This document shows positions 28,627-40,477 of a DNA stretch of 64,000 bases, one piece after another; the first letter of the stretch is position 1; each line of letters starts with the position of its first letter. Made by a program: the position numbers and the translations under genes. The notes under the pieces are model-generated. The model ran no database searches. It was not told where the DNA came from and saw nothing but the letters and a program-made list of their open reading frames with translations. The stretch lies in sequence record DRR723986_6745; one strand, written 5' to 3'.

Positions 28627-29490
28627 TTACTTGAGTTTTTGAAATTCTGCTTTGATCTTTTGGTTTAGACCTAAGCTTGCACGTAACATGGGTAGTCTTA
28701 CCTGATCGTCGCAAATTCCCATGTGACTAAGTAGATTTTTAATCCCTACAGGATTGCTTTCTTCATACATAAGGCTATTCAGCGGCAAGAGCGAAAATGC
28801 GGCCTGAAGACTTTCTTCTTCTGAACCATGGCACAAGGCTTTGAATGTCGCAGGAAGCGCATTTGCCATCACGGAGATAATTCCCGATCCGCCAATACTA
28901 TAGAGAGCTTTGGTCATTAGGTCATCACCGGAAACAAGCAAGAAGTCTTTTGGCATTTTAGCAGCGATTTGCATACACTGCTCCAAGTTTCCACTAGCTT
29001 CTTTCATTCCGATAATATTAGAATGCTCAGCGAGACTAAGGGTGGTTTCGGCCGTGATGTTAGACATCGTTCTGCCTGGGATATTATACAAAATCACTGG
29101 CACTGGACAAGCATCGGCTATTGCTTTGTAATGTGCAACAATCCCTGCTTGAGTAGGTTTGTTATAATATGGGCTTACAGATAGAATTGCCGTAATACCA
29201 GTGAAATCTGTGTTTGCGATATCACTCAATACCGACATGGTATTATTGCCACCCATGCCATAGACTACAGGCACACGTCCGGCATTGTATTCTAAACAGG
29301 CATTTAGCACTTGTTTTTTCTCTGTAGAGGTAAGCGTAACTGTCTCCCCAGTCGTACCCAAAACCACCAGATAATCCACTCCGCCGTCGATCACATGATC
29401 GATTAGACGTTTTAGTCCTTCGAAATCAATAGAGTAATCGTCATGAAATGGGGTGACAAGGGCTACGCCGGTTCCTTTAAGTTGGTGCAT
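28627..29490 (-). CDS. dapA: 4-hydroxy-tetrahydrodipicolinate synthase
   Basis: ALVTPF, GTTGE, PYYNKP, ILYNIPGRT, GMKEASG, SGDD. Confidence 0.96.
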   Translation of the reverse strand: MHQLKGTGVALVTPFHDDYSIDFEGLKRLIDHVIDGGVDYLVVLGTTGETVTLTSTEKKQVLNACLEYNAGRVPVVYGMGGNNTMSVLSDIANTDFTGITAILSVSPYYNKPTQAGIVAHYKAIADACPVPVILYNIPGRTMSNITAETTLSLAEHSNIIGMKEASGNLEQCMQIAAKMPKDFLLVSGDDLMTKALYSIGGSGIISVMANALPATFKALCHGSEEESLQAAFSLLPLNSLMYEESNPVGIKNLLSHMGICDDQVRLPMLRASLGLNQKIKAEFQKLK

Positions 29491-29565
29491 GGGTATAAGG
29501 TTTGGGAGGCTAAAGATAATGGGATGAGAGGAATTGACATTCTGTTTTTTGAAAAAAACGCCTAC

Positions 29566-29641
29566 GTAGGGGCGAATCAATATTCGCCCAGATTCAATCT
29601 CAACCATTGTTCCGATAGGGCGAATGATTATTCGCCCCTAC
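29566..29641. repeat. Inverted GTAG-REP doublet upstream of the RAYT gene
   Basis: GTAGGGGCGAATCAATATTCGCCC (29566-29589) and inverted GGGCGAATGATTATTCGCCCCTAC (29618-29641). Confidence 0.9.
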
Positions 29642-29717
29642 CTATCATGTTGAAATTGATTTTTGGTATATTTAATATGATTTTTTAGAATGATTAATGA
29701 CCAAATTTTTATTTATC

Positions 29718-30299
29718 ATGACATACGATCCTAATTTTCATCATCGTCGATCAGTTAGATTAAAGGGATATGATTATTCTAAGGCTGGTCTATATTTTAT
29801 TACAATCTGCTGCTATAGGCGAGAATGTTTTTTTGGAGAAATTTTGAAAAGAGGAAAGAGACAAATCATGTCCCTTAGTAAATCTGGTTGGGTGGTTCAA
29901 GAGGGTTGGTTTGAGATACCGTTACATTATCCTGAAGTTGTTCTTCATGAATTTGTTGTTATGCCAAATCATATTCATGGAATCATTGAAATTGTTGATT
30001 CTGTAGGGGCGAATAAACATTCGCCCAATTACCATGAAGGGGCTAGGGCGAATATTGATTCGCCCCTTCAACTACCCAACACAGAATTCAAGTCACCTTC
30101 AAAAACCATAGGATCCATTGTTAGAGGATATAAGATCGGTGTAACCAAATGGCATCGGGCAAATACAGATATCTATAATGTGTGGCAAAGGAGCTATCAT
30201 GACCATGTAATTCGGAATGAAAGATCACATGCCAATATCTCCAATTACATCTTGAACAATCCTTCTAATTGGGATGATGATATGTTTTACAAATCTTGA
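29718..30299 (+). mobile_element. REP-associated tyrosine (Y1/HUH) transposase, RAYT/TnpA-REP
   Basis: RRSVRLKGYDYS..G.YFITIC, HUH motif VMPNHIHGII, WQRSYHDHVIR, YI.NNP..W; flanked by REPs. Confidence 0.92.
30003..30069. repeat. Inverted REP doublet inside the RAYT coding sequence
   Basis: GTAGGGGCGAATAAACATTCGCCC (30003-30026) and GGGCGAATATTGATTCGCCCCTTC (30046-30069), translated in frame as VGANKHSP...RANIDSPL. Confidence 0.9.
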
Positions 30300-30318
30300 T
30301 GGTAGGGATATTATAAAA

Positions 30319-32900
<2,582 letters not shown>

Positions 32901-33006
32901 CTAAGAATGGCGCGAAGGTATTATTGTAACAAACATCTCTGTGTCCTCACAGATCATGTTGTACTTCTGACCAGTAGTTACAAGGTCAATGAGATTGCGA
33001 GAGGTT

Positions 33007-33489
33007 TTAATTAACAAAGGTTTGGTTTGGACGTTTTCCTTTGTTCAAATACAGCCCAGTAACAATTGCTATAATTCCAGTTTTTGCAAGTCCGCTTTCA
33101 AGGTTAGTAGCATCTTGCCCAGTTAATGATGCGTAGTGGCCAATAAAGTAGATCCTTAATATTTCAGTCAAGATGAAATAGCCGAGCAGCCCTAAAAATA
33201 TGGGAGGGAATTTCTTTTTACGTTTAAAGAAATTAGCGAGACTCCATACAAGAATCCCAAGACCTATTACCATAGAAAGAATCAAGTAGACATAGATGTT
33301 AATTCTTGTATACAGTAGCTCGTCTTTAGTTTGAAAATACAAATTCCAATCATCAGCTAGCAATTCCTTTATGGTTGTATTCACGCTGATTGAAATTTGA
33401 AGTCCACTGCCTATTAATATTACCATGATGACCCAAAGCCATCCGCCTAGTGGTTTGCCACTATTCACTCCAGGGGCTATATTGGTCAT
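33007..33489 (-). CDS. DUF2569-like membrane protein
   Basis: PLGGWLW start motif, four TM segments, YL..GKR..QTFVN end. Confidence 0.7.
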   Translation of the reverse strand: MTNIAPGVNSGKPLGGWLWVIMVILIGSGLQISISVNTTIKELLADDWNLYFQTKDELLYTRINIYVYLILSMVIGLGILVWSLANFFKRKKKFPPIFLGLLGYFILTEILRIYFIGHYASLTGQDATNLESGLAKTGIIAIVTGLYLNKGKRPNQTFVN

Positions 33490-33670
33490 TTTTTTATTTT
33501 TAGAGGCTTTACTCAAATTGAAGAGTAAGGATTTAATAGAGAATTAAATAGGTGAATAACTGCGAATATATAAGTATTGGTTTATTTATTTACCAACACT
33601 TTTTCCTCTGTCTGTTACTGATGAAAAAAATTAAATCCTTTAGGCCAGTATATTCCTCGACTTTGCTAGT

Positions 33671-33970
33671 TTACAAAAATGTCAATCCAATTTTCTTATT
33701 CAATCCTTGCTCAAAAATTCTGATTAATGTAGAAAGCTGGATGTTTCCTTTTCCATTTTCAAGCTTAGAGATGTAGCTCTTTTTTGTCCCAGCTTTTTCA
33801 GCCAATTGCTCCTGAGTAAGGTTGGCTTCTTTGCGTGCTGACTTGAGCATTTCACTCACGATGAACATTTGAGCACCTTCCTCGTACTGGTTGCGACTTT
33901 CTGTGCCGATCTTTCCATGTTCGAGCTCTATTAAGTCATCAAATGTTTTTATATTTTTATAGTCATTCAT
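33671..33970 (-). CDS. XRE-family HTH antitoxin (HigA-like)
   Basis: LKSARKEANLTQEQLAEKAGTKKSYISKLENG, downstream of the toxin. Confidence 0.9.
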   Translation of the reverse strand: MNDYKNIKTFDDLIELEHGKIGTESRNQYEEGAQMFIVSEMLKSARKEANLTQEQLAEKAGTKKSYISKLENGKGNIQLSTLIRIFEQGLNKKIGLTFL

Positions 33971-33974
33971 AGTT

Positions 33975-34310
33975 TTAGTTTTTACCATCAAAATATTCTT
34001 TCATAATCCGCTCTGTTTTTTCAATCTCTTTATGAGGGGTCTTTTGCGATTTCTTTTGAAATCCATTGAATAAGATTACCAATTGCCCCTCGTCAAAGCA
34101 GCAAAATATGCGGTAGATATTAGATTGAACCTCAATTCGGATTTCATAAAGTCCGTTAGTTCCAGTTAAATGTTTCAGGAATTTCTTGGGAACACGGTCA
34201 ACTTGCTTAATCAATTCGAAAACGTATTGAATTTTACTTTTTACTTTTAAGTCTTGCTCTCGGTAAAATTCAATGAAGTGGTTTTCGTAAAAGATTATCT
34301 TTCTATTCAT
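33975..34310 (-). CDS. RelE/ParE-superfamily toxin (HigB/Gp49-like)
   Basis: KHL.GT.GLYEIRI....NIYRIF..F.....ILFNGFQKKSQKTP..EI. Confidence 0.9.
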   Translation of the reverse strand: MNRKIIFYENHFIEFYREQDLKVKSKIQYVFELIKQVDRVPKKFLKHLTGTNGLYEIRIEVQSNIYRIFCCFDEGQLVILFNGFQKKSQKTPHKEIEKTERIMKEYFDGKN

Positions 34311-34318
34311 TAATTAAA

Positions 34319-34336
34319 GTTATCTCAAAGGATAAC
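34319..34336. promoter_or_regulatory. Putative TA autoregulation operator
   Basis: GTTATC-N6-GATAAC palindrome 8 bp upstream of the toxin ATG. Confidence 0.55.
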
Positions 34337-34489
34337 AAATTCAATTTTATTTCCAAAAAGATTCCGCCTTCGCGGGAGAATTTCTAATACCATTACATTA
34401 CGTCGCCGCGTCGCTGCGAGAACTATTTCAATTGCAAATCCTCCCATTATTTAGAATCTTTGTTTTTTTATAGTTATCCCCATTTCCTC

Positions 34490-35122
34490 ATGCCCAATAA
34501 AGCCAATATTGAAAGCAAAATTCTGGATGCAGCGTACAAGCTTTTTCTGGAAAAAGGCTATCGCCATACCACTATGGACGATATCGCCCAGTTGCTAGGC
34601 ATGAGCAAAAAGACACTTTATAAGTATTATCCAGGAAAATTTGAATTGCTGGCAGCTTCCTTTGAGGTGACCAAAACCAAGCTCACAGCCAAAGTGGAGG
34701 CAATTGTAGATAATCGATACATTTCTTTTCCCCTGAAGCTTAAATCTACATTGACGGTGATGGCTTCCCTGCTAGGCCCAATTAATCCTGAGTTATTCGA
34801 AGACCTACGGGAACATGCGCCTGAAATTTGGGAGGGCTTGGAGCAGTACATAAAGGAATCTGCTTATATACGATTCAAGCAATTGCTGGATCAAGGGATT
34901 AGTGAGGGTTTGGTTAATCCTGCTGTTAATGTCAATTTGGTCGTTATGCTCTACGCTACCGCGATACAATCTCTTATGGACCCAAAATTCATCGCACAGT
35001 TTCCTGAGCCAATTCAACAAGGAATGAAGATTCCTCCTGCAGACATCTACGATCAGGCAATCTCTATTATTTATAAAGGCATTCTAACGGATGAGGCCCG
35101 CAATGAATTTGCAAATGCCTAA
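34490..35122 (+). CDS. TetR/AcrR-family regulator
   Basis: TTMDDIAQLLGMSKKTLYKYY HTH. Confidence 0.93.
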   Translation: MPNKANIESKILDAAYKLFLEKGYRHTTMDDIAQLLGMSKKTLYKYYPGKFELLAASFEVTKTKLTAKVEAIVDNRYISFPLKLKSTLTVMASLLGPINPELFEDLREHAPEIWEGLEQYIKESAYIRFKQLLDQGISEGLVNPAVNVNLVVMLYATAIQSLMDPKFIAQFPEPIQQGMKIPPADIYDQAISIIYKGILTDEARNEFANA

Positions 35123-35219
35123 GGCAGCCTAAGCCTGATTTCCCTATCTTTGCACCCTTATTCTGCAATGAATTTTATATTTCAAAGCGGGGTTTACTAT
35201 TTCGAATCTTAGAACGATT

Positions 35220-37280
35220 ATGAGCAATACCAATTTCAAAAGATATACCATTACTTCTGCGCTTCCTTATGCGAATGGCCCACTTCACATTGGTCACTTA
35301 GCTGGATGTTACATCCCTTCAGATATTTATGTGCGCTATTTGCGAAGCTTAGGCAAGGATGTGGCATACATCTGTGGTTCGGATGAGCATGGAGTTGCGA
35401 TTACTATCAAAGCTAAAAAAGAAGGAAAAACCCCTCAGGAAGTGGTGGATCACTACCATCAGATCATGAAGGGGAGTTTTCAGGAATTTGGGATCAGTTT
35501 TGATCACTACTCCCGCACCTCTGCGCCAATTCATCATGAAACTGCACAGGGATTTTTTAAGGACTTGTACGAAAAAGGCGAATTTCTCGAGCAAAGTACG
35601 GAGCAATATTATGACGAGGAAGCTAATCAGTTTTTGGCAGATCGATACATAGAAGGTACCTGCCCAAAATGTGGCAATCCGAATGCGTATGGTGATCAGT
35701 GTGAGAAATGCGGCAGCTCATTGAGCCCGACAGATCTTATCAACCCAAAGTCAAAACTAAGCGGAAGAACTCCAGTATTGAAAGAAACCAAGCATTGGTT
35801 TTTGGACTTGGCAAAGTATCAGAGTTTTCTGAAAAAATGGGTGCTAGAGGATCACGCTGACGATTGGAAAAATAACGTACTGGGACAATGTAGATCATGG
35901 TTGGAAGCTGGTGATGGTTTGCAGGCTAGATCTATGACCCGTGATTTGGATTGGGGAATCAAAGTGCCTTTGCAAGACGCAGAGGGCAAAGTTCTTTACG
36001 TTTGGTTTGACGCACCTATTGGATATATCTCTTCTACTAAAGAGTGGGCTGCGGAAAAAGGAATCGATTGGGAACCGTATTGGAAAGATAAAGACACCAA
36101 ACTTGTGCACTTTATCGGAAAAGATAACATCGTGTTCCATTGTATTATTTTCCCTGCTATTCTCAAGACTCACGGAGAGTACATTCTTCCAGATAATGTT
36201 CCTGCAAATGAGTTTTTGAACCTGGAGGGAGATAAAATTTCTACTTCTAGAAACTGGGCAGTTTGGCTGCATGAGTATTTGGAGGAATTCCCTGGCAAGC
36301 AGGATGTGCTTCGCTATGTGCTGACTGCTAATGCTCCTGAAACTAAGGATAATGACTTTACCTGGAAGGATTTCCAAACTAGAAATAACTCAGAGCTGGT
36401 TGCTATTTACGGGAATTTCGTGAATCGTGCCGTGGTTTTGACACATAAATACTATCAGGGAATCATTCCTCAGCGTGGAGAATTGACTGGCTATGATCAG
36501 GAGGTTTTGGATGCATTGGCAGAATTCCCTGAGAAAATTGCCGCATCCATCGAGCGATACCGTTTCCGAGAGGCTTTGGGAATTGTGATGGATTTGGCCC
36601 GCTTGGGCAATAAATACCTGGCGGACACAGAACCTTGGAAAGTTATCAAAACCGACGAAGCCCGTACTGGAACTATCTTAAACATTGCATTGAACATCGC
36701 TGCGAATTTGGCTATTGTATCAGAGCCTTTCTTGCCTTTCACTGCTGGGAAACTGGTGGATCTTTTTGGGATGGAAAAAATAGACTGGTCCGAGGCTGGT
36801 CAAGGTGAGCTTCTCAAAGCAGGAACTTCACTGGGAGAGATGGGATTGCTATTCGAAAAAATCGAAGATGTAACCGTAGAAAAACAAGTACAAAAACTAT
36901 TAGATGCCAAGAAGATGAATGAAGCTGAAAATGCACCAGTGACTCCAATGAAGGAGATAATCACCTACGATGATTTTGCGAAGCTGGATATGAGAGTAGT
37001 GACTATTTTGGAAGCGGAGAAAATGCCAAAATCCAAGAAGTTACTTAAACTCAAAGTTGATATTGGACTAGGTGAAAGAACAGTTCTTAGCGGTGTAGCT
37101 GAGCATTTCGAGCCAGAGTTTTTGGTAGGGAAACAAGTCACAATGCTGATCAATTTGGCCCCAAGAAAAATGATGGGAATCGACTCTGAAGGAATGATTT
37201 TGATGGCAGAAGACAAAGACGGCAAACTGAAGCTGATGGTTCCGCATGAAGGAACTGCGAGCGGATCGACGATTTCATAA
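35220..37280 (+). CDS. metG: Methionine--tRNA ligase
   Basis: [13 protein letters not shown], Zn knuckle CPKC...CEKC, KISTS, C-terminal tRNA-binding OB domain; TATCTTTG -7 box at 35145-35152. Confidence 0.98.
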   Translation: MSNTNFKRYTITSALPYANGPLHIGHLAGCYIPSDIYVRYLRSLGKDVAYICGSDEHGVAITIKAKKEGKTPQEVVDHYHQIMKGSFQEFGISFDHYSRTSAPIHHETAQGFFKDLYEKGEFLEQSTEQYYDEEANQFLADRYIEGTCPKCGNPNAYGDQCEKCGSSLSPTDLINPKSKLSGRTPVLKETKHWFLDLAKYQSFLKKWVLEDHADDWKNNVLGQCRSWLEAGDGLQARSMTRDLDWGIKVPLQDAEGKVLYVWFDAPIGYISSTKEWAAEKGIDWEPYWKDKDTKLVHFIGKDNIVFHCIIFPAILKTHGEYILPDNVPANEFLNLEGDKISTSRNWAVWLHEYLEEFPGKQDVLRYVLTANAPETKDNDFTWKDFQTRNNSELVAIYGNFVNRAVVLTHKYYQGIIPQRGELTGYDQEVLDALAEFPEKIAASIERYRFREALGIVMDLARLGNKYLADTEPWKVIKTDEARTGTILNIALNIAANLAIVSEPFLPFTAGKLVDLFGMEKIDWSEAGQGELLKAGTSLGEMGLLFEKIEDVTVEKQVQKLLDAKKMNEAENAPVTPMKEIITYDDFAKLDMRVVTILEAEKMPKSKKLLKLKVDIGLGERTVLSGVAEHFEPEFLVGKQVTMLINLAPRKMMGIDSEGMILMAEDKDGKLKLMVPHEGTASGSTIS

Positions 37281-37372
37281 ATTATCAAAGTTCAAACTCA
37301 AGTTTCAATGGACAAGTGTTGAGGACTTCAACCTTGAGAATTAATTATTGACCATTGAAAATTGATCATTAA
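37278..37372 (+). repeat. Heptamer-periodic hairpin, left copy
   Basis: TAA-A-TTATCAA AGTTCAA ACTCAA GTTTCAA TGGACAA-loop-TTGAGAA TTAATTA TTGACCA TTGAAAA TTGATCA TT. Confidence 0.85.
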
Positions 37373-37378
37373 ATTTTG

Positions 37379-37411
37379 GCCCAATTGGATTAAATTCGAT
37401 TGGGCTTTTTT
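37379..37411 (+). terminator. Probable metG terminator
   Basis: GCCCAATTGGA-TTAAA-TTCGATTGGGC-TTTTTT. Confidence 0.75.
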
Positions 37412-37422
37412 AATGGTTTTTT

Positions 37423-37785
37423 ATGGATAAGAAATATGATTTAGAAGAACGGCTAGTTCGTTTTGCTGGAGAAACCATCAAATTTTGTAATTCTTTAGGC
37501 GATACTTTTGCCGAAAATCATTTGCGAAATCAATTAATTAGATCTGCTACTGGTGGGTGCCTTAATTATGGTGAAGCACAAGGTGCCGAGAGCAAAAAGG
37601 ATTTTGTGCACAAAAATGGGATAGTTTTAAAGGAGTTAAAAGAATCTAGATCAACCTTGAAAATATTAACCTATTCTGAATTTGGAGATGCAATTCTTCG
37701 ATCGGTTCTTTTGAAGGAATCAGAAGAACTTTGCGCGATTTTTGGTAAGATCATCTTTAATACGAAGAAGAATATGATGCAATAA
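37423..37785 (+). CDS. Four-helix-bundle protein (TIGR02436 / 23S rRNA IVS-protein / Avd-like family)
   Basis: DLEERL..FA...I.F...L......NQLIRSAT....NYGEAQGAES.KDF.HK..IVLKELKES..L.IL; 120 aa. Confidence 0.92.
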   Translation: MDKKYDLEERLVRFAGETIKFCNSLGDTFAENHLRNQLIRSATGGCLNYGEAQGAESKKDFVHKNGIVLKELKESRSTLKILTYSEFGDAILRSVLLKESEELCAIFGKIIFNTKKNMMQ

Positions 37786-37869
37786 ATTATCAATTATCAA
37801 ATTCAAGTTTCAATGATCAAGTTGACTAAACTTTGAAAATTGATAATTGAAAATTGTCCATTGCTCATT
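37783..37869 (+). repeat. Heptamer-periodic hairpin, right copy
   Basis: TAA-A-TTATCAA TTATCAA ATTCAA GTTTCAA TGATCAA-loop-TTGAAAA TTGATAA TTGAAAA TTGTCCA TTGCTCA TT. Confidence 0.85.
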
Positions 37870-38775
37870 TCAGTGTAACGGTCTCTTCTTAATCATCCCT
37901 CCCTTGGTATCCTTAATAGGGTATTGGATTACAAAGGCTTTGGAGTCAATTTTTTCTATCTCTAATAACATTTTGGTGACTTCCAGTCGAGTAATCACAC
38001 AGAATAATACTTTTCTATCCGGTAGTTGATTGGCTTTGTCGCCATAGCCTCCGTCCGACTTGAGCACCGTTACTCCTCTTCCTAGATCGTGAGAAATCAT
38101 TTGTTTGATGTCTTCATTGTGTGGAGACATGATCATCACACCTAAATATTCTTCTACACCATTGATGATGAAATCTACCGTTTTGGAAGCTGAGAAGTAA
38201 GTCAGCATGGAGTACATCGCCGTTTCTATTCCTACGAATATTGCCGCAACTATAAAAAGGCAAACATTGAAAATTGTAATAAAATCCCCTACCGTTAGGC
38301 TTGATTTTCTGCTGACTGATATCGCCAATACTTCTGTGCCATCGATAACTGCACCGCCACGAATAGCGAAACCAATTCCAGACCCAAGGAAGAATCCTCC
38401 AAATACGGCAATGAGCAGTTTATCTGCAGTGATTGCTGGAACTTCTATGAAGTGTACCAAAAAAGCTAAGCCAAAGATGGCAATTGAGCTTTTGAGGGCA
38501 AACTGTAAGGAAACCTGTTTGGCACCTAACAGGATGAATGGCAAATTGACTAAGATAATAAGTACAGAAAGGTTGACTGGGGTGAGCATTTCCAGAAGTA
38601 GGGACATGCCCATTGCACCACCGTCGAAAAAACCGTTGGGGAGCAAAAAGCCTTTCAAGCCAATACTAGCCATCACAACTCCGATAGCTATGAAAAGTCC
38701 GTCTTTGATTTGTCTCCAAATCGTAATTCTCTTTACCAGTTGATTGTCCTGAATTTTTAAAAGTCTTTTCACCAT
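37870..38775 (-). CDS. YitT-family membrane protein (DUF161 + DUF2179)
   Basis: FLLPN.FFDGG..G, NLPF, GG..DGTE.LA, RGVT, ID.KAF. Confidence 0.9.
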   Translation of the reverse strand: MVKRLLKIQDNQLVKRITIWRQIKDGLFIAIGVVMASIGLKGFLLPNGFFDGGAMGMSLLLEMLTPVNLSVLIILVNLPFILLGAKQVSLQFALKSSIAIFGLAFLVHFIEVPAITADKLLIAVFGGFFLGSGIGFAIRGGAVIDGTEVLAISVSRKSSLTVGDFITIFNVCLFIVAAIFVGIETAMYSMLTYFSASKTVDFIINGVEEYLGVMIMSPHNEDIKQMISHDLGRGVTVLKSDGGYGDKANQLPDRKVLFCVITRLEVTKMLLEIEKIDSKAFVIQYPIKDTKGGMIKKRPLH

Positions 38776-39037
38776 GGTTCGAAAATAGAATTTTTTAATC
38801 AACAGTTCTGCCAACAATGCAATCTAAGGCAAGAATAAATTCATAACTTATGATGGAGGATAAGATAAACTACTGGATTGTCATCATTGAAGTATTTGTA
38901 AGAAATGAAGCCTGTTTTTAACAAAATGTGGTGTTATTAGTTATTTTAATAAAAATTTGAGCCTATTTTCTTAAAATTTTTGACAATTACGCTTTTTCAT
39001 CTATCTTTTTGAACCTAGTTTGATTTTAAATAAACTT

Positions 39038-40462
39038 ATGAAGACAGACGGATATAACGCAGGAGAACATTACGATGAAATGATTTCCGCAGAAGGGGAG
39101 ATCAGAGAGCATTATGCGGAGTTTTACAATCACCTGAAGAAGACTAGTTCTAGGAAAATGAATCATCTGCAGCATTCTGCCAATCAGACGCAGCGCTCGA
39201 TGGGGATGACTTTCAATGTCTATCATGACAATCAGGGGATGGAAAAAATCCTTCATCTGGATATTATACCCAGGATAATACCCAATTCGGAATGGCAGAA
39301 ATTGGAAGCTGGACTGAAGCAAAGAACTCATGCGCTGAATCTTTTCCTTCAGGATATTTATAATGAGCGGAAAATCCTGAAGGACGGAATAGTGCCTTCA
39401 GAGCTTATCCTGAAAAGTAAGGATTACCTCGAGCCCTGCATTGGACTCACTCCTCCCAAAGGCATTTGGTGTCATATCACTGGAACTGATCTGGTGAAGG
39501 CCAAAGATGGAGAGTATTACATTTTGGAAGATAATCTCCGATGTCCATCAGGCGTCTCTTATATGCTGGAGAGTCGTGAAATCATCAAGCGAGTTTACCC
39601 GGATATTTTCAATCAAAAAGGGGTTATGCCAGTTTCTAATTACCCTACAAAACTCCTTCGTATGCTTCAGAATCTCTCCGATAAGCCAAAGCCGGTTGTT
39701 GGAGTACTTACTCCAGGGATTTATAATTCTGCATACTATGAGCATTCCTACCTCGCTTTGCAAATGGGCGTAGAGCTGGTAAATGGTGTGGACCTTATCG
39801 TAGAAAATAAGCGTGTGTATATGCAGACCACCAAAGGATTGCAGCAGATCGATGTGCTTTACCGACGGATAGATGATACATTTTTGGATCCGGAAACCTT
39901 CAATCCTGAATCTATGCTAGGAGTTCCTGGTCTTTTTGAAGCATACAAGGCAGGAAATATCGCATTGGCAAATGCTCCCGGGACTGGTGTAGCAGATGAT
40001 AAAGCAGTTTATGCTTATGTTCCCAAAATCATAAAATATTACCTGGACGAAGAACCAATCCTGAATAATGTGCCGACCTACTTGTGCCGAGAAGAGAAGG
40101 ACAGGCAATACGTATTGGATAATATTGAAGAATTGGTAGTGAAAGAAACGAACGCTGCGGGCGGATACGGAATGCTGATCGGCCCTAAGGCGGATGCTGA
40201 AGAACATGCGAAATTCCGTGAACTCATCAAAAACAATCCAACCAATTACATCGCTCAGCCCACCTTGTCACTTTCCACCGTACCCACTTTGACTGATGAA
40301 GGAATTAGTGGCAGGCATGTGGATTTGCGGCCTTACATTTTATATGGAGAGGAAATAGAAGTAATTCCTGGAGCTCTCACCCGAGTAGCTTTGAAGAAAG
40401 GTTCGCTGGTGGTAAACAGTTCGCAAGGTGGAGGAAGTAAGGATACTTGGGTTTTATATTAA
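39038..40462 (+). CDS. Circularly permuted type 2 ATP-grasp protein
   Basis: DIIPRII, LEDNLRCPSGVSY, LTPG.YNSAYYEH, YRRIDD, NAPGTGVADDK, LVVNSSQGGGSKDTWV. Confidence 0.95.
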   Translation: MKTDGYNAGEHYDEMISAEGEIREHYAEFYNHLKKTSSRKMNHLQHSANQTQRSMGMTFNVYHDNQGMEKILHLDIIPRIIPNSEWQKLEAGLKQRTHALNLFLQDIYNERKILKDGIVPSELILKSKDYLEPCIGLTPPKGIWCHITGTDLVKAKDGEYYILEDNLRCPSGVSYMLESREIIKRVYPDIFNQKGVMPVSNYPTKLLRMLQNLSDKPKPVVGVLTPGIYNSAYYEHSYLALQMGVELVNGVDLIVENKRVYMQTTKGLQQIDVLYRRIDDTFLDPETFNPESMLGVPGLFEAYKAGNIALANAPGTGVADDKAVYAYVPKIIKYYLDEEPILNNVPTYLCREEKDRQYVLDNIEELVVKETNAAGGYGMLIGPKADAEEHAKFRELIKNNPTNYIAQPTLSLSTVPTLTDEGISGRHVDLRPYILYGEEIEVIPGALTRVALKKGSLVVNSSQGGGSKDTWVLY

Positions 40463-40477
40463 AATAACAGAACGAAT

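Noticed and set aside
29443-29688. 81-aa ORF containing VGANQYSP and RANDYSPL
   Set aside because: It overlaps the dapA start antisense, and its apparent similarity to the RAYT loop comes only from translated REPs.
34360-34382. GATTCCGCCTTCGCGGGAGAAT as a dRS3-like repeat
   Set aside because: Single degenerate copy in the window.
37423-37785. Four-helix-bundle gene as part of a diversity-generating retroelement or 23S rRNA intervening sequence
   Set aside because: No reverse transcriptase, TR/VR pair or rRNA sequence in the window.
38207-38743. Long antisense ORFs (also 57121-57786, 35895-36377 and others inside large genes)
   Set aside because: Shadow ORFs opposite well-supported genes, with no motifs of their own.
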